Shown here: positions 51,367-64,000 of the stretch, in pieces | How positions within the stretch are numbered: position 1 is the first letter of the stretch | How the letters are laid out: every line of letters starts with the position of its first letter | NCBI RefSeq assembly: GCF_006345805.1 | Contig: NC_043003.1 | Location: 61,752,001 to 61,816,000 of the forward strand | DNA length: 64,000 bases | Origin: Octopus sinensis | Lineage: Eukaryota | Reading direction: 5' to 3' | Program-made: the position numbers and the translations under genes | The notes under the pieces: generated by a model | What the model was told of the DNA's origin: nothing | What the model saw: the letters and a program-made list of their open reading frames with translations, nothing else | Databases searched by the model: none

Positions 51367-52837
51367 TGTGCCGGTGGCACATAAAGACACCATCCGAAGA
51401 CCCGGCGACGTAGTCAGTCCACCTGTGCATACCTTCCCTCTTATGACACTTGTGAAGACCTGTTGAGGCAAGTGTGTGACACTTGTGAAGACCTGTTGAG
51501 GCAGAGGCAAGTGTGTGACACTTGTGGAGACCTGTTGAGGCAAGTGTGTGACCCTTGTGAAGACCTGTTGAGGCAAGTGAAAATCAAACCAAATCAAAAT
51601 AGATGAACATCAATGGAATTTGTATCTTTGTGGTTCCAGTACCGGTGGCACACAAGAAAACCATCCGAACGTGGCCGCAGCCAGTACCGCATCGACTGGC
51701 CTCCGTGCTGTGGGCACAACAAACACCATCTGATCGTGGCCGTTCGCCAGCCTCATCTGGCACCTGTGTCGGTGGCACATAAAAACACCATCCGAAGACC
51801 CGGCGACGTAGTCAGTCCACCTGTGCATACCTTCCCTCTTATGACACTTGTGAAGACCTGTTGAGGCAAGTGTGTGACACTTGTGAAGACCTGTTGAGGC
51901 AGAGGCAAGTGTGTGACACTTTGTGAAGACCTGTTGAGGCAGAGGCAAGTGTGTGACACTTGTGGAGACCTGTTGAGGCAAGTGAAAATCAAATCAAATC
52001 AAATCAAAATAGATGAACATCAATGGAATTTGTATCTTTGTGGTACCAGTGCTGGTGGCACACAAGAAAACCATCCGAACATGGCCGTAGCCAGTACCGC
52101 ATCGACTGGCCTCCGTACTGTGGGCACGCAACAAACACCATCCGATCGTGGCCGTTCGCCAGCCTCATCTGGCACCTGAGTCGGTGGCACATAAAAACAC
52201 CATCCGAAGACCCGGCAAGACTAGTCAGGCCATAACCCGTGGCCCCTACCTGGGACGTAGTCAGTCCACCTGTGCATACCTTCCTTCTTGTGACACTTGT
52301 GAAGACCTGTTGAGGCAAGTGAAAATCAAATCAAATCAAAACAAATCAAAATAGATGAACATCAATGGAATTTGTATCTTTGTGGTACCAGTGCCGGTGG
52401 CACACAAGAAAATCATCCGAACGTGGCCGTAGCCAGTACCGCATAGACTGGCCTCCGTGCTTTGGGGACGTAACAAACACCATCCGATCGTGGCCGTCCG
52501 CCAGCCTCATCTGGCACCTGTGTCGGTGGCACATAAAAACACCATCCGAGCGTGGCCGTCTGCCAGCCTCGTCTGGCACCTGTGTCGGTGGCACATAAAA
52601 ACACCATCCGAGCGTGGCCGTTTGCCAGCCTCGTCTGGCACCTGTGTCGGTGGCACATAAAATCACCCACTACACTCTCGGAGTGGTTGGCGTTAGGAAG
52701 GGCATCCAGCTGTAGAAACACTGCCAGATCTGACTGGCCTGGTGCAGCCTTCGGGCTCCCCAGACCCCAGTTGAACCGTCCAACCCATGCTAGCATGGAA
52801 AACGGACGCTAAATGATGATGATGATGATGATGATGA
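51367..52837 (+). mobile_element. Multimeric RTE-3'UTR-derived retroposon
   Basis: Three ~400-bp units starting at CATCCGAAGACCCGGC (51391, 51789, 52201), then the RTE terminus and (GAT)n tail. Confidence 0.9.
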
Positions 52838-53060
52838 CACACACACACACATATATACATATATGATCATCATCATTATCATCGTTTAACATCCATCTGC
52901 CATGCATGCATAGGTAGTACAGTTGACAGGAACCAGCCAGGTAGAAAAACTACCCTAGGCTGGTGTTTCTGTTTTGGCAGGGATTTTACGGCTGGATGCC
53001 CTTCCTAACACAGAGTGGACTCAGTGGCAGGGTAACCAAGTAACTTGCAAGACAAGGAAT

Positions 53061-53103
<43 letters not shown>

Positions 53104-53291
53104 TGTGTGTGTCTCCTTGTGACTGAGTGTGTCCTTCCACAATCACTTGACAACTGATGGTGGGTGTTTACATCCCCGCAACTTAGAAGTTCAGCAAAAG
53201 AGACCAATAGAATAAGTACTAGGGTCACAAAGAATAAGTTCTGGGGTCAATTTCTTCAACTAAAACCTTTTAAAACAGTGCACCAGTAAAA

Positions 53292-53337
<46 letters not shown>

Positions 53338-53340
<3 letters not shown>

Positions 53341-53852
53341 TAATAATATAGGGTGAAATTAATTAATTTGGAATAATCATTAATTTCACCAAGTAGATTT
53401 CGGCATGTAAAAGCCCCATTCGAGGAAAGTTTAAGTAATACTAAGTAATTAAGGGTTTAGCAACGATTTGCCTCACCACACACCGAATTTAGAAATAGCA
53501 GTCAAAGAGTTATAGCTATTCTTTCTACTAAAAGGGAGATCTCAGTAAAACCACAGCGCTTGAAAGGCAAACACAGACAGGCAAGAGAGAAAGAAATGAC
53601 GACAATCGATCATACAATATTAAGTCACCTATGGACGTACGTTTCGAAATTAAGTTTTAGGAAAGCATAAGAATTAGATAATTATGTCTTACCCAACTTC
53701 TTTTCTCATCAGCGTAGGACACTACAATTATGAATAATTGTATATTAAATTTCGAGGTACGAGATCTCCCTTTTAGTAGAAAGAATAGCTATAACTCTTT
53801 GACTGCTATTTCTAAATTCGGTGTGTGGTGAGGCAAATCGTTGCTAAACCCT
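53338..53852 (-). mobile_element. Hammerhead-bearing Penelope-like terminal element with inverted duplication
   Basis: ~91-bp near-perfect arms 53452-53542 and 53761-53852 enclose a hammerhead; (TA)n on both sides. Confidence 0.85.
53628..53718 (-). ncRNA. Type I hammerhead ribozyme
   Basis: CCTACG-CTGATGA-G(long stem II)C-GAAAC-GTAC-GTC-CATAGG; intact core, palindromic stem III (ACGTACGT), predicted cleavage between 53634 and 53633. Confidence 0.85.
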
Positions 53853-53863
53853 ATATATATATA

Positions 53864-53904
<41 letters not shown>

Positions 53905-54761
53905 TAGGTAGGTAGGTTAAGTAGGTAGGTATTTATTTATATGTGTGCATACTGCTCCAATTGTTGAAGCTGGTTGGTGATGCAAGTCACATGTTCAGTT
54001 TGCAGAAACAGGACTTTTCCCAGAACTAAATGGATATTTTCACATGTTGGTTCATTGCAATTCTTTTCAGCTGTATAACTGTTTCTTATTTTATCCTTTA
54101 TACCAGAAATTCTAAAGTTCAGAAAAAAAAAATGAACTACACTTATTCAGTGAAAAAATTACTAATTTTGTTTGTATCTTATACCACTTTAGAATTAGTG
54201 CTCTTTATCGTATACTTCTTAATTATTGTGTTGTTGCTCATAAAGTAGTCTAATTCTGAACACAGTAATTGGTTCTGGCATCTGTTAATCATTAGTTCAT
54301 AAATAGGTGAAATAACATTGTTATGTGCTGCTATTTTTATTTTAAATTTCCTTTTAACCGGTTGTTTCATTATAGTAGAAGAATAAACTCAAATTACTGA
54401 ACAAAACAAAGCAAGAGCAAATTTACTTTCAAAAACTTGCCCAGAGGAAAATGAAATAATAAAGATGAAAGAAATAGTTGGATATCCTTGTTTTAAAACA
54501 TGCTGAAGGCTTTTTTTTGTTGATCATTGGAAAGGTTCTTTTTTTATGCTATGACTGCTGTTTGGATACTTAACTGTAACAGTATAGTGTTTATAAATTT
54601 AAACTTCTTAGTAATAGTTATTTTGAGATCTATTTCCAGTATATTTTCTTAAACTTGGTGTAATTCAGATTATTTGGACCTTTCTTTAAACTCACGGTTT
54701 CATTTCATGTAATCATCATCATCATCATCATTATCATCATCATTATCATTATTATTATTAT

Positions 54762-55122
54762 TATTACCTCTGCCTTAGTGGAAGTGGAGGTATTGTTTTC
54801 AGTCGTGTTTGTCTGTTTATTTGTCCATGGAAGAGATATTTAAAGAACTGCTGGATGGATTCAGATGAAACTTTCAGGGATGTTTGGCCTCATGACTGGC
54901 ATAAACTGATTAGATTTTGGGATCAATCCAGTACTGAACAAGAATTCGGGATTATTTTTCCTGTTTTTTTATTTAATTTTTTTTTAGAGTAGTATGGTTA
55001 ATTTTTAGTATTCTTATTTGTGAGAGCAGTCGAGTTTATTTAAAATATTCTTATTTTTAAAAATCATCTCTGATAAATAGTGGAAAGGACGTTGGTGTTG
55101 CCTTGGTGGAAGTTTGTGCTCT
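54762..55122 (+). mobile_element. HINE/DINE-1-like non-autonomous Helentron element
   Basis: Starts ATTACCTCTGCC...GGAGGTATTGTTTTC, has a GTTT/GTCT microsatellite and ATGAAACTT, and ends CCTTGGTGGAAGTTTGTGCTCT, a subterminal inverted repeat of the 5' motif. Confidence 0.65.
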
Positions 55123-55213
55123 CATCGTCATCATCGTCGTCGTTGTCGTCGTCATCATCATCATCATCATCTTTATTATTATTATTATTATTATATTATT
55201 ATTATTATTATTA

Positions 55214-55440
55214 AGGCAGTGAGCAGGCTGAATTGTTAGTATGTCAGACAAAATGTTTAGAAGCATTTCTTCTGGCTCTTTACAATCTGAGTTTAAATTC
55301 CAGCTCGGTTAACTTCACATTTTATCCTTTTTGGACCAATGAAATAAGTACAAGTTGAGCACAGGGGTCAATGTAATCAACTAGCTCCCCTGTCCCCCAA
55401 AATTTCAAGCCTTGTGTCTATAGCAGAAAGAATTATTATC
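55214..55440 (+). mobile_element. tRNA-derived SINE (family C)
   Basis: Aligns to the better-preserved copy at 61104-61320; other copies near 4230, 8245, 35095, 41620, 57295. Confidence 0.8.
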
Positions 55441-55794
55441 AGTCCTAGTATTAATAATATTAATGTTATTCAGTAGTCGTATTTTTATTGCATTCTTTCA
55501 CTGCACTACCAAAGCTAGCTCAGTGTGCCTTGGGTATGTACTGTGGTTTGTTTTGGTTTTTGTTATTTTTAATGCTTTGAAAGTGCTCTACAAAGGATGT
55601 ATGTGGTGCCTAGCAATTCTATTTTCTGTATGTTATATATATTTCAAGTATTGGTGTTTTTGTTATGTATTTGTCTGTTTTTTTACCATACCTAAAATAC
55701 ACATTATTATAAGAATTGTGTCTGTCTTCAGGTTTTACATCCCAGTTATCTCTATTTTATCCCTTTCTTTTAGAGATACATTGTTATTGTTGTT

Positions 55795-55850
<56 letters not shown>

Positions 55851-56821
55851 TAATAATAATATAAAAAAATTTTTTTAATTTAAAAAATTTTTTAAAAATG
55901 AAAAAAAAATTTTTTTTTAATTAAAGAAATCTTACCTGTGAATTTGCATGTGTAATCTGGGAATGCATATAATGAGCTTCTCTGCCCTAGCTGTACGGAA
56001 AACATTCAGCGAGAAATGGAAGAAATTTCAAGAAAGAAGGAAAATAATAATAATAATAATAATAATGATACTTCACAATAAGTATTGCACATGATGTGTT
56101 AGATAGAGGCATGCTGCTATTAAACAACAGTCAAAATATCTGTAATTTCTTTCCTTTTTCAAGGGAACAGCTACAACAAGAATAAAATAAGTTAGGTATT
56201 CAGAAAAGCTATAATGAATGACTTGTTTGCATTGTTACCTACCTGTTTATAGCTTCCCCTTTTGCTATCATCGTTCGTAATATTTCTTTTTAACATATCC
56301 AATCAGTGACTTGATTTCCCTGAAGAATGTTACATGATTGACATTTTGGTTGTTGAATTCTCTGAGAAACCCTTACAGTAAAATTGGGATTATTAGCATC
56401 AGATTAAAAGAATTCTTTGGATGAGCAATATAAGCCAAAAGCATAACTTGAATAGAAACAAGTGAAGGATAAAACTAGAAATTTTGAGTATATGATAGTG
56501 GCAGTAAGAGAAACATCTAATGAGAATTTGTGCAGAAGAACAATAAAATAATATTAGACTGTTGTCAGTGAAGTAATAAGATATCTGTTCCTAATTACTG
56601 AGAAACAAATAGTAACTACACAATTTATGACATGCATTCACTTACAATTCCCAATGATTCTATCATATAAAGAATTTCTTCTCAGCAATTTCTTTATTCT
56701 TTTACAGGCTTCAGTCAATAGACTGAAGCTATGCTGATGCACTATATTCAAGGGTATCTTGTTGGTCATGTTAAACCCAGTGCTCATTTCAGAATGATAC
56801 TTTGGTATTTATTTTATCAAT

Positions 56822-56991
56822 GGCATAGGAGTGGGTGTGTGGTAAGTAGCTTGCTTACCAATGACATGGTTCCGGGTGTGTGGCACTGTGTGGCACCTTG
56901 GGCAAGTGTCTTCTACTATAGCCTCCAGCCAACCAAAGCCTTGTGAGTGGATTTGGTAGACGGAAACTGAAAGAAACCCGTCGTATATATG

Positions 56992-57028
<37 letters not shown>

Positions 57029-57260
57029 ACGTGTGTATAAGTTTGTGTGTCTGTATTTGTCCCCCTCAACATCACTTGACAACCGATGCTGGTGTGTTTA
57101 CGTCCCCATAACTTAGCGGTTCGGCAAAAGAGACTGATAGAATAAGTACTAGGCTTACAAAGAATAAGTCCCAGGGTCGATTTGCTCGACTAAAGGTGGT
57201 GCTCCAGCATAGCCACAGTCAAATGACTGAAACAAGTAAAAGAGTTAAAGAGTAAAGAGT
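56822..57260 (+). mobile_element. SINE family A
   Basis: Aligns to 1848-2241. Confidence 0.9.
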
Positions 57261-58238
57261 AATGGCTATTTATTATTTCATGTTATTTAATAATCCTTTC
57301 TACTATAAGCACAAGGCCTGAAATTTAAGGGAGTTGGGTCTAATCGACTGGTACTTAATTTATCGACCTTAAAATGATGAAAGGTGAAGTTGACATCAAC
57401 AGAATCTGAACTCAGAATGTAAAGACAGACAAAATGTTGTTAAGCATTTGATTCAGTATGCTAACAATTCTGCCTGCTTACCACGTTCATGTTATTTAAT
57501 AACAAAATTCTCAGAGATTCTTTGTCTTGCAAGTTACTTGGTGACCCTGTCAGTGCAGGTGCCCCTTACAAAGCATCCACTCCACATTGTAAAGTGGTTG
57601 GCATTTGGAAGGGCATCCTGCTGTAAAAATACCATGCCAAAACTGACCATACTGTGCTGGTGCCACATAAAAGGAACTCAGTCCATCTTGCAGGGTTGTT
57701 GGTGTTAGGAAGGGTATCCAGCCATAAAAATCATGCCAAAACACACACAGAAGTCTGGTGCAGTCTTCTGTCTGGTCAGCTTCTGTCAAACTGTCCAACC
57801 CGAGCCAGCATGGAAGGTAGATGTTAGACGCTGGTGATGATGATGAAATGAAACACAATGTCTTGGGAGGTCATCTGGACACCTCATCTCCACTAACTCT
57901 TCACAGGTCTTACTGATCATTTTTTCTCCCTCCCCTACGAAATATGGGTAACCATGTTGCTCTTATTTCAAAAATCTGCTATGCTCCCAAACCTTCTCTT
58001 ATACTTTCTCTTAAAGCTGACACCTCTCCCTCGGGGTTCATAGCCTTGAGAACTACATAGCGACCTCAATAGTGCAGGTGGCACAGAAAACGTAGCCAGT
58101 ATTTGCTGTAAAGTGGTTGGCATTAGGAAGGATATAGAAACCATGCCAAAGCAGATACTGGAGCATGATGAAGTCCTGGGACCCATTGAATCATGTCAAA
58201 CTGTCCAGCCTATGCCAGCATGAAACATGGGCATTAAA

Positions 58239-58430
58239 TGATGACGATGATGATGATGATGATAATGACAATGACAATGATGATGACAATGATGACGACG
58301 ACAATGATAATGATGATGATGATGACAATGATGATGACGATGACGACGACGCTGATGATGATGATGATGATGATGACGACGACGCTGATGATGATGATGA
58401 TGATGATGACGACGACGACGATGATGAGGA
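58239..58430. repeat. Expanded (GAT/GAC/AAT)n tail of an RTE-type element
   Basis: Trinucleotide tract directly after the RTE-like terminus at about 58070-58238. Confidence 0.9.
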
Positions 58431-58755
58431 GGATTATGAAACACTTTATATTCATAACGTTTTCATGTTAGCACAAATATTCCATAGACAGGTAAGCTCT
58501 TAGTGTAATTCTCAGGTATAATCAGCATGACAGTTGAAATGTTAAGTTAAATTCATAGTCTATCCCCATGGATTTCCATACGGTTTCTATCTATCCAGAT
58601 TCTCTCATACAGCTTGGATCAATGTGAGGCTATGGTGACTGCACTTACCCAAAATTCTACAGGGCAATGAAACTCAAAAATTGAGAAGTGAAGCACTTAC
58701 CCATGTTTAACAGACATTGGATTAGATCTATCTAGGCTTCTTTGTGTCACATATA

Positions 58756-60024
58756 CACAGGGATGGGACAAAATAATGGAAACACCTAGCATTATAGCAT
58801 CATAATTTTGAAATATCTATAAAACCGTCAAAAGCTTGTTTATTTTTAAGTCTTTTTATTTATCATTATTGTTGTTTATGTTTTGCTAAAATTGCTTTTT
58901 CTTTTCAGATATCATCAATAAAAGGTAATTAAAATTCATTAAAATGACAAATCTATCAGACTTTCAAAGAGATCAAATTGTTGGTTCTCGTATGACAGGT
59001 GCTAACATAATGAAAGCAGCCAGAATGTTTGGTGTATCAAGAAGTACTGTGTTGAAAGTAATGACAGCCTTTGAGAAAGAGGGAAAAACTTCCTAATCAA
59101 AGCAAAACTCCAGAAGAAAACCAAAACTTTCAGATAGAGACCGTTGGATTCTTACATGAATTGCTAGAAAGGATCACATAAGTACAGTTCCCAAAATTAC
59201 TGCAGAGCTTAATGACCACCTCAAGAACTCAGTTTCCACAAAAACTGTTTGATGGGAGCTACACGAAGCTGGATTTCACAGGAAGGCTGGAATCAGAAAA
59301 CCACTATTTCCAAAAACAAACACTGCAAAGCATTTGGAGTGGAGTAAAAACCTACAGAATTGGTCTCTGGAGCAGTGGAAGAATGTTATTTTCTTGGATG
59401 AGTCATCCTTTACCTTATTTCCGACAACTGGCTGCCTTTACGTATGGAGACAGCCAAAAGAAGCATTTGACCCAGACTGCCTTCTTCCAAATGTTAAACA
59501 TGGAAGAGGATCTGTGATGATCTGGGGGGCTATATCTTGGAAATCTGCCAGCCCAATGGTTTCTCTTCATGGTAGAAATAATAGTCAAAACTACTTAAGC
59601 ATTTTATTTCATCAAATTCATCCTATGGTTGCAGAACAGTTTCTGGGGGGAAATGCAATCCTTCAGGATGATAATGCACTAATTCACACAGCTAAAGTTG
59701 TTACTGAATTGCATGAGGAATATTCTAGTGAAGTTGAACATCTTATCTGGCTACCACTGTCCCCAGATCTCAATATTAGTGAATGTTTATGGTGCATTTA
59801 AAAAAAAAACAAGTAAGGAGTCATGTCCTCCACCATCATCACTACAAGAACTGGAGACTGTTTTAGCTGAAGAATGGACAAAAATTCCCTTGGAAATAAT
59901 TCAAACTTTGTATGAGTCCATACCTCGTAGAATTCAAGCTGTAATTACTGCCAAAGGTGGTCCTACCCAATATTAAAATAAATTTGTTTGAAATTTTAAT
60001 GTTTCCACTATTTTGTCCAACCCC

Positions 60025-60028
<4 letters not shown>
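58756..60028 (+). mobile_element. Full-length Tc1-like transposon with inactivated transposase
   Basis: TIRs CAGGGATGGGACAAAATAATGGAAACA and TGTTTCCACTATTTTGTCCAACCCCTG; ORF 58944-59976 with MTNLSDFQRDQIVG, VIFLDES, LQDDNA and SPDLNISE motifs, stops and a frameshift. Confidence 0.95.
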
Positions 60029-60061
<33 letters not shown>

Positions 60062-61053
60062 TTGGTGTCACATAAAGAGCATTTAGCACACTCTGTAAAG
60101 TGGTTGGCATTAGGAAGGGCATCCAGCTATAAAAACAATGCCAAATCAGACTGGAACCTGGTGCAGCTCTCCTACTTGCCAGCTCTATTCAAACTGTCCA
60201 TTGCATGCCAGCATAAAAAACAGATGCCAAATGATGATGAAGGCTATGATAATGATGATGATGATATATGTATGTATGCATGCAAGTATATATACATATA
60301 CATACATAAATATGTGTGTGTGTGTATATGATATAAATATTGGCAAAGGAGCCTATAAGTTGGTGCTTTCAAACAAAAATACTTTATAGTATTTGGTTAT
60401 TTGTAGCGCTTGTTTTTTTTTTACAGATGCTGCATTATAAATCTCACCTTCGTTCATTATGGTGATCAGCCTCTTGGATCAATGATCAGCCTATTCAAAA
60501 TCTATAATCAACAACAACAGTCTTTACCAAATGCTTGAGATAAAATAAAATATAAAACAACACAATTGGGCCAAGATGGTTAAATAGATAAAGTATAAGA
60601 TTACTTACATATTTTGATTCTAAGGGAAATTTATCTTGCTTCCTCCTCATGCTATAAAATAACTGCTAAGCACAGATTATACAAAGGCCAAGATTTAGTT
60701 AATTTATTTTTTAGCACATAACATTCTAGATATTTGCTGTAGGACATAAAAATGTAATACAGGTGTGATACAGGATTAGAACAACAGAAGAATATTAGGA
60801 AGATCTGATCGGAGGCAATAACTTGTTATCGAGAGAAAAGAACGATATCAGCTTTTTGTTCCAGCTTAGTAATAAACTTGCCAATAAACCACACATAAAT
60901 ATCATGGCTGCCTTTTTTAAAACTCAGATCAATCTGTTAAAAATATACCAGCAAACAGGCATGTGTGTATATTTGTGTGTGAGTGTGTGTGTGTTTGTAT
61001 GTATGTGTGTGTGTGTGTGTGCATGCACGTGCGTACATACATATATGCATGTA

Positions 61054-61093
<40 letters not shown>

Positions 61094-61103
61094 ATATATA
61101 TAA

Positions 61104-61320
61104 AGGCTGCGAGTTGGCAGAAACATTAGTATGCCAGGCGAAATGCTTAGCGGTATTTCGTGTGTTTTTACGTTCTGAGTTCAAATTCCACTGAGGTCAA
61201 CTTTGCCTTTCATCCTTTCAGGGTTGATAAATTAAGTACCAGTTGTGTACTGGGATTGATCTAATTGATTGGCCCCTCCTCAAAAATTTTGGGTCTTGTG
61301 CCTAGTGTAGAAAAGGATAC
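61104..61320 (+). mobile_element. tRNA-derived SINE (family C)
   Basis: Head GAGTTGGCAGAAACATTAG; B box GAGTTCAAATTCC; starts after (TA)n. Confidence 0.85.
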
Positions 61321-61343
61321 ATATGTATGTGCATATATAAATT

Positions 61344-61490
61344 GGATGGATGGATGGATGGATGGATGGATGGATGGATGGATGGATGGATGGATGGATG
61401 GATGGATGGATGGATGGATGGATGGATGGATGGATGGATGGATGGATGGATGGATGGATGGATGGATGGATGGATGGATGGATGGATGGA
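61344..61490. repeat. (GGAT)n tetranucleotide microsatellite
   Basis: About 36 perfect units. Confidence 0.97.
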
Positions 61491-61589
61491 TTTGGGTGGG
61501 TGGGTGGTAGGGTTGGGTGGGTTTAACAAGTGATGTAAAGCACACTGCTAACACAGTAGAACAAGGTGTTGACTTATAAGAACATTTTA

Positions 61590-62875
61590 TCAGGTCATCC
61601 CATAAGTTCTGTCCGAATTTTGAATAAAGAAAACAAGTGATCAAATGTTATACTTAATTGAAATTTAATCATCAATGTACTTTCCATGATCATCTATGAC
61701 TTCCTTCCATCTATTTGTAAGATTTTCAATCCCATCAATGCAAAGCTCTTTTGGTTTCAAAGTGAAGAACTTGAAAATGTCAATTTCGACCTTCTCCTGG
61801 CTTGTGAAAGTCATGTCCCCCAAATGATTCTGTAAACTACAAAACGAATGGTAGTCTGAAGGAGCAAGATCAGGAGAATAAGGTGGATGAGGAATTTTTT
61901 CCCAACCAAGTTCTTCAATCTTCTGTGATGTGATGTTTGCAGTGTGGGATTGCACATTGTCCTGATGAAACATCACTCTTTTTTGATTCACTAATGCAGG
62001 TCTTTTTTTCTTTAAAGCTTGGTTCAAACACTCTAATTGCTGACAGTAGACTTGAGCATTGGTTGTTGCATTAGATGGTAACAATTCAAAGTGAATTACT
62101 CCTTTGCAATCCCACCAGATAGAGAGAAGAACCTTTTTTCCATGACGTTCCCTTCTCTATGTGGTTGAACTTTTTCCCTTTTACCAAGCCACTGTTTATG
62201 ATGTTTAACATTTCGATAGAATGATCCATTTTTTGTCACCAATCACAAGTCTATCCAAAAAGTGTGAAATGAGTGCGCGAGAATGGAGATAAGAACAGAT
62301 GTCAACTCGGGATTTGTGGTTGCTTTCAGAATATTCATGAGGCACCAATTTTCCAAGTTTAGGAATCTTTCCAAGTTGTTGCAGATGACGATGAACAGTG
62401 GTATGGTTTGCACTAAGCTTTATTTTGAATTCTTCAACTGATAATGCAGGATTTTCTTCAAGTAATGCCTCAAGGAGCTTATCATCAAACTCAACTGATG
62501 TCCTGTTCAATCTTCATCTTCAAGGCCGAAATCTCCACTTCTGAATTTTGCAAACCATCTTCTGCAAGTTCTTTCATTCAAGCATTCTTTCCCATAAACT
62601 GAGTGTATGTTTCGAGTCACTTCGGCTGCAGAGTTTCCTTTTTTGTACTCATAAAGCATTATGTACCTTAAATGCTCTTTGGATACTTCCACGTTAGAAA
62701 GGGTTTTAATCAAAGAAATTTTTATTCTATTATTCTTTAAAATAATATTTGATTAGTTTAAATGTACATAAATGCATAAAAATAATTTTTAATTCCATTA
62801 GACATTCTAAAATACTATTAAATTTTATTCAATTTTAAAAAGGTAAAATCGGACAGAACTTATGGGATAAGCTGA
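61590..62875 (-). mobile_element. Full-length mariner transposon with frameshifted transposase
   Basis: TA-flanked ~30-bp TIRs TCAGGTCATCCCATAAGTTCTGTCCGA; ORF pieces 62507-62713, 62205-62510 and 61665-62084 with LVPHE, IGDKKW, HQDN and YSPDLAPSDYH. Confidence 0.96.
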
Positions 62876-64000
62876 TATATACACTATAGTGTAATTATGA
62901 TTATATAACAAAATACCACGTCTTTACAAGTCATTAATATTTATGTACTAGCTTTCAGTATTGTGTTTAGTATGTAAAATAAGTATATCCAGTGATGTCA
63001 CACCGCTGTATTTAATGGCTATTTAAGCAATGTGTTTGTGGATGATTAAGGGGTTAGACGGGTACTGATGAAGGAGCAAAATATGGCATATATGCTCATT
63101 ACCCTTTTTTCATCTTTGATCGCATTGTTTGTCTATATCTGACATCTTGGATACAAAATGCCGCAACAAAATTCAATACTGGCTATTATTCCTATAGAAT
63201 ATCTAAGCACCCAGTACACTCTGTAAAGGGGTTGGTGTCAGGAAGGACATCCAACTCTAGAAACCATGCCAAAAAAGACAAATGGAGCCTGGACAGCCGT
63301 TCAGCTGCTCTGCTTCTGTCAAATCATCCAACCCACACCAGCATGAAAAACAGATGTTAAATGATGATGATTATGATAATGATGATGATAATCTTAACAA
63401 ATGATGTATGTTCATATTATTTCTCCTTCTTTCATACACACATATATGTATAAACTGATGTGTATAACATAATGTATATAAACAAATGCAGAATGGTGAA
63501 AACTGTAATATTTTGTTTCAGAGAAAATTCTCTTTTGGGATTTTAGTGTAACAAACACAGAACTCACTCAGAATGACATCAGTGCTTCATTAGACACAGG
63601 TGTTTTGGTCTGATTTGGTCTGATTTGACTTCCTTAATGACAAACACCTCTAGACCTTATGAGCTAAGTTGGAATTTTCTTTCCAATATAGAACAAGGAG
63701 CCATCTAATCATAGCTAGAAGAAAAAAGAGGAAACAGTTTCACAAAAGAACTTTTAAGTAAATAAACATCTGGTAAAAACACCTTTGGAGACTTTAAATA
63801 AACAGGATATGAATTAACTGAACCAAAATGAGGAAATCATGTTAAAAATACAACACTAAACCATGACTAGATAAACAGTGAAACCTCAAAATAAGCAAAG
63901 CAATATAAAAATAAATGACAGTGAAAATGACTAATGAAAATATAGCACAAATAGTGCATTAACAAATAACATGACAACAATCCAAGACAATGTTCTAAAG

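Noticed and set aside
58165-58503. Poly-Asp, poly-His and poly-Met ORFs
   Set aside because: Expanded (GAT)n tail of an RTE-type element.
60427-60538. Plus-strand terminal exon after a strong T-rich CAG acceptor
   Set aside because: No recognisable peptide or supported upstream partner; splice signal alone is insufficient.
61261-61644. HPSI/MDGW repeat proteins
   Set aside because: Translations of the (GGAT)n microsatellite.

Overview
AT-rich, repeat-saturated animal genomic DNA, most likely an octopod cephalopod (inferred from the tRNA-SINE and RTE-tail families and the extreme (TA)n content; not verifiable here). The only host gene I recognise is one minus-strand exon at 27155-27247 (MDKYIVKVPR...KQATITSLK, then a GT donor). 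It resembles the N-terminus of TCEANC2 and lies in a CpG-retaining, promoter-like island. I found no second exon, so 1-27154 is probably its first intron. The rest is mostly TE debris: several tRNA-SINE families; RTE, CR1/L2-group and L1/Tx1 LINE fragments; two mariner and one Tc1 pseudo-transposons; a deleted FLYWCH-MULE with a minisatellite end; hAT, piggyBac and Tc1 MITEs; and a HINE-like element. Most ORFs in the supplied track are microsatellite or TE artefacts. The most striking feature is about eight sequence-unrelated, non-coding fold-back elements (arms about 35-310 bp), most next to (TA)n. Several carry hammerhead-ribozyme cores and one also has a Pol III tRNA-like head. Several share a covarying terminal hairpin and an ACCCT-like end, suggesting a Penelope-like, ribozyme-bearing non-autonomous system. 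All calls were made by eye and boundaries of diverged repeats are approximate.
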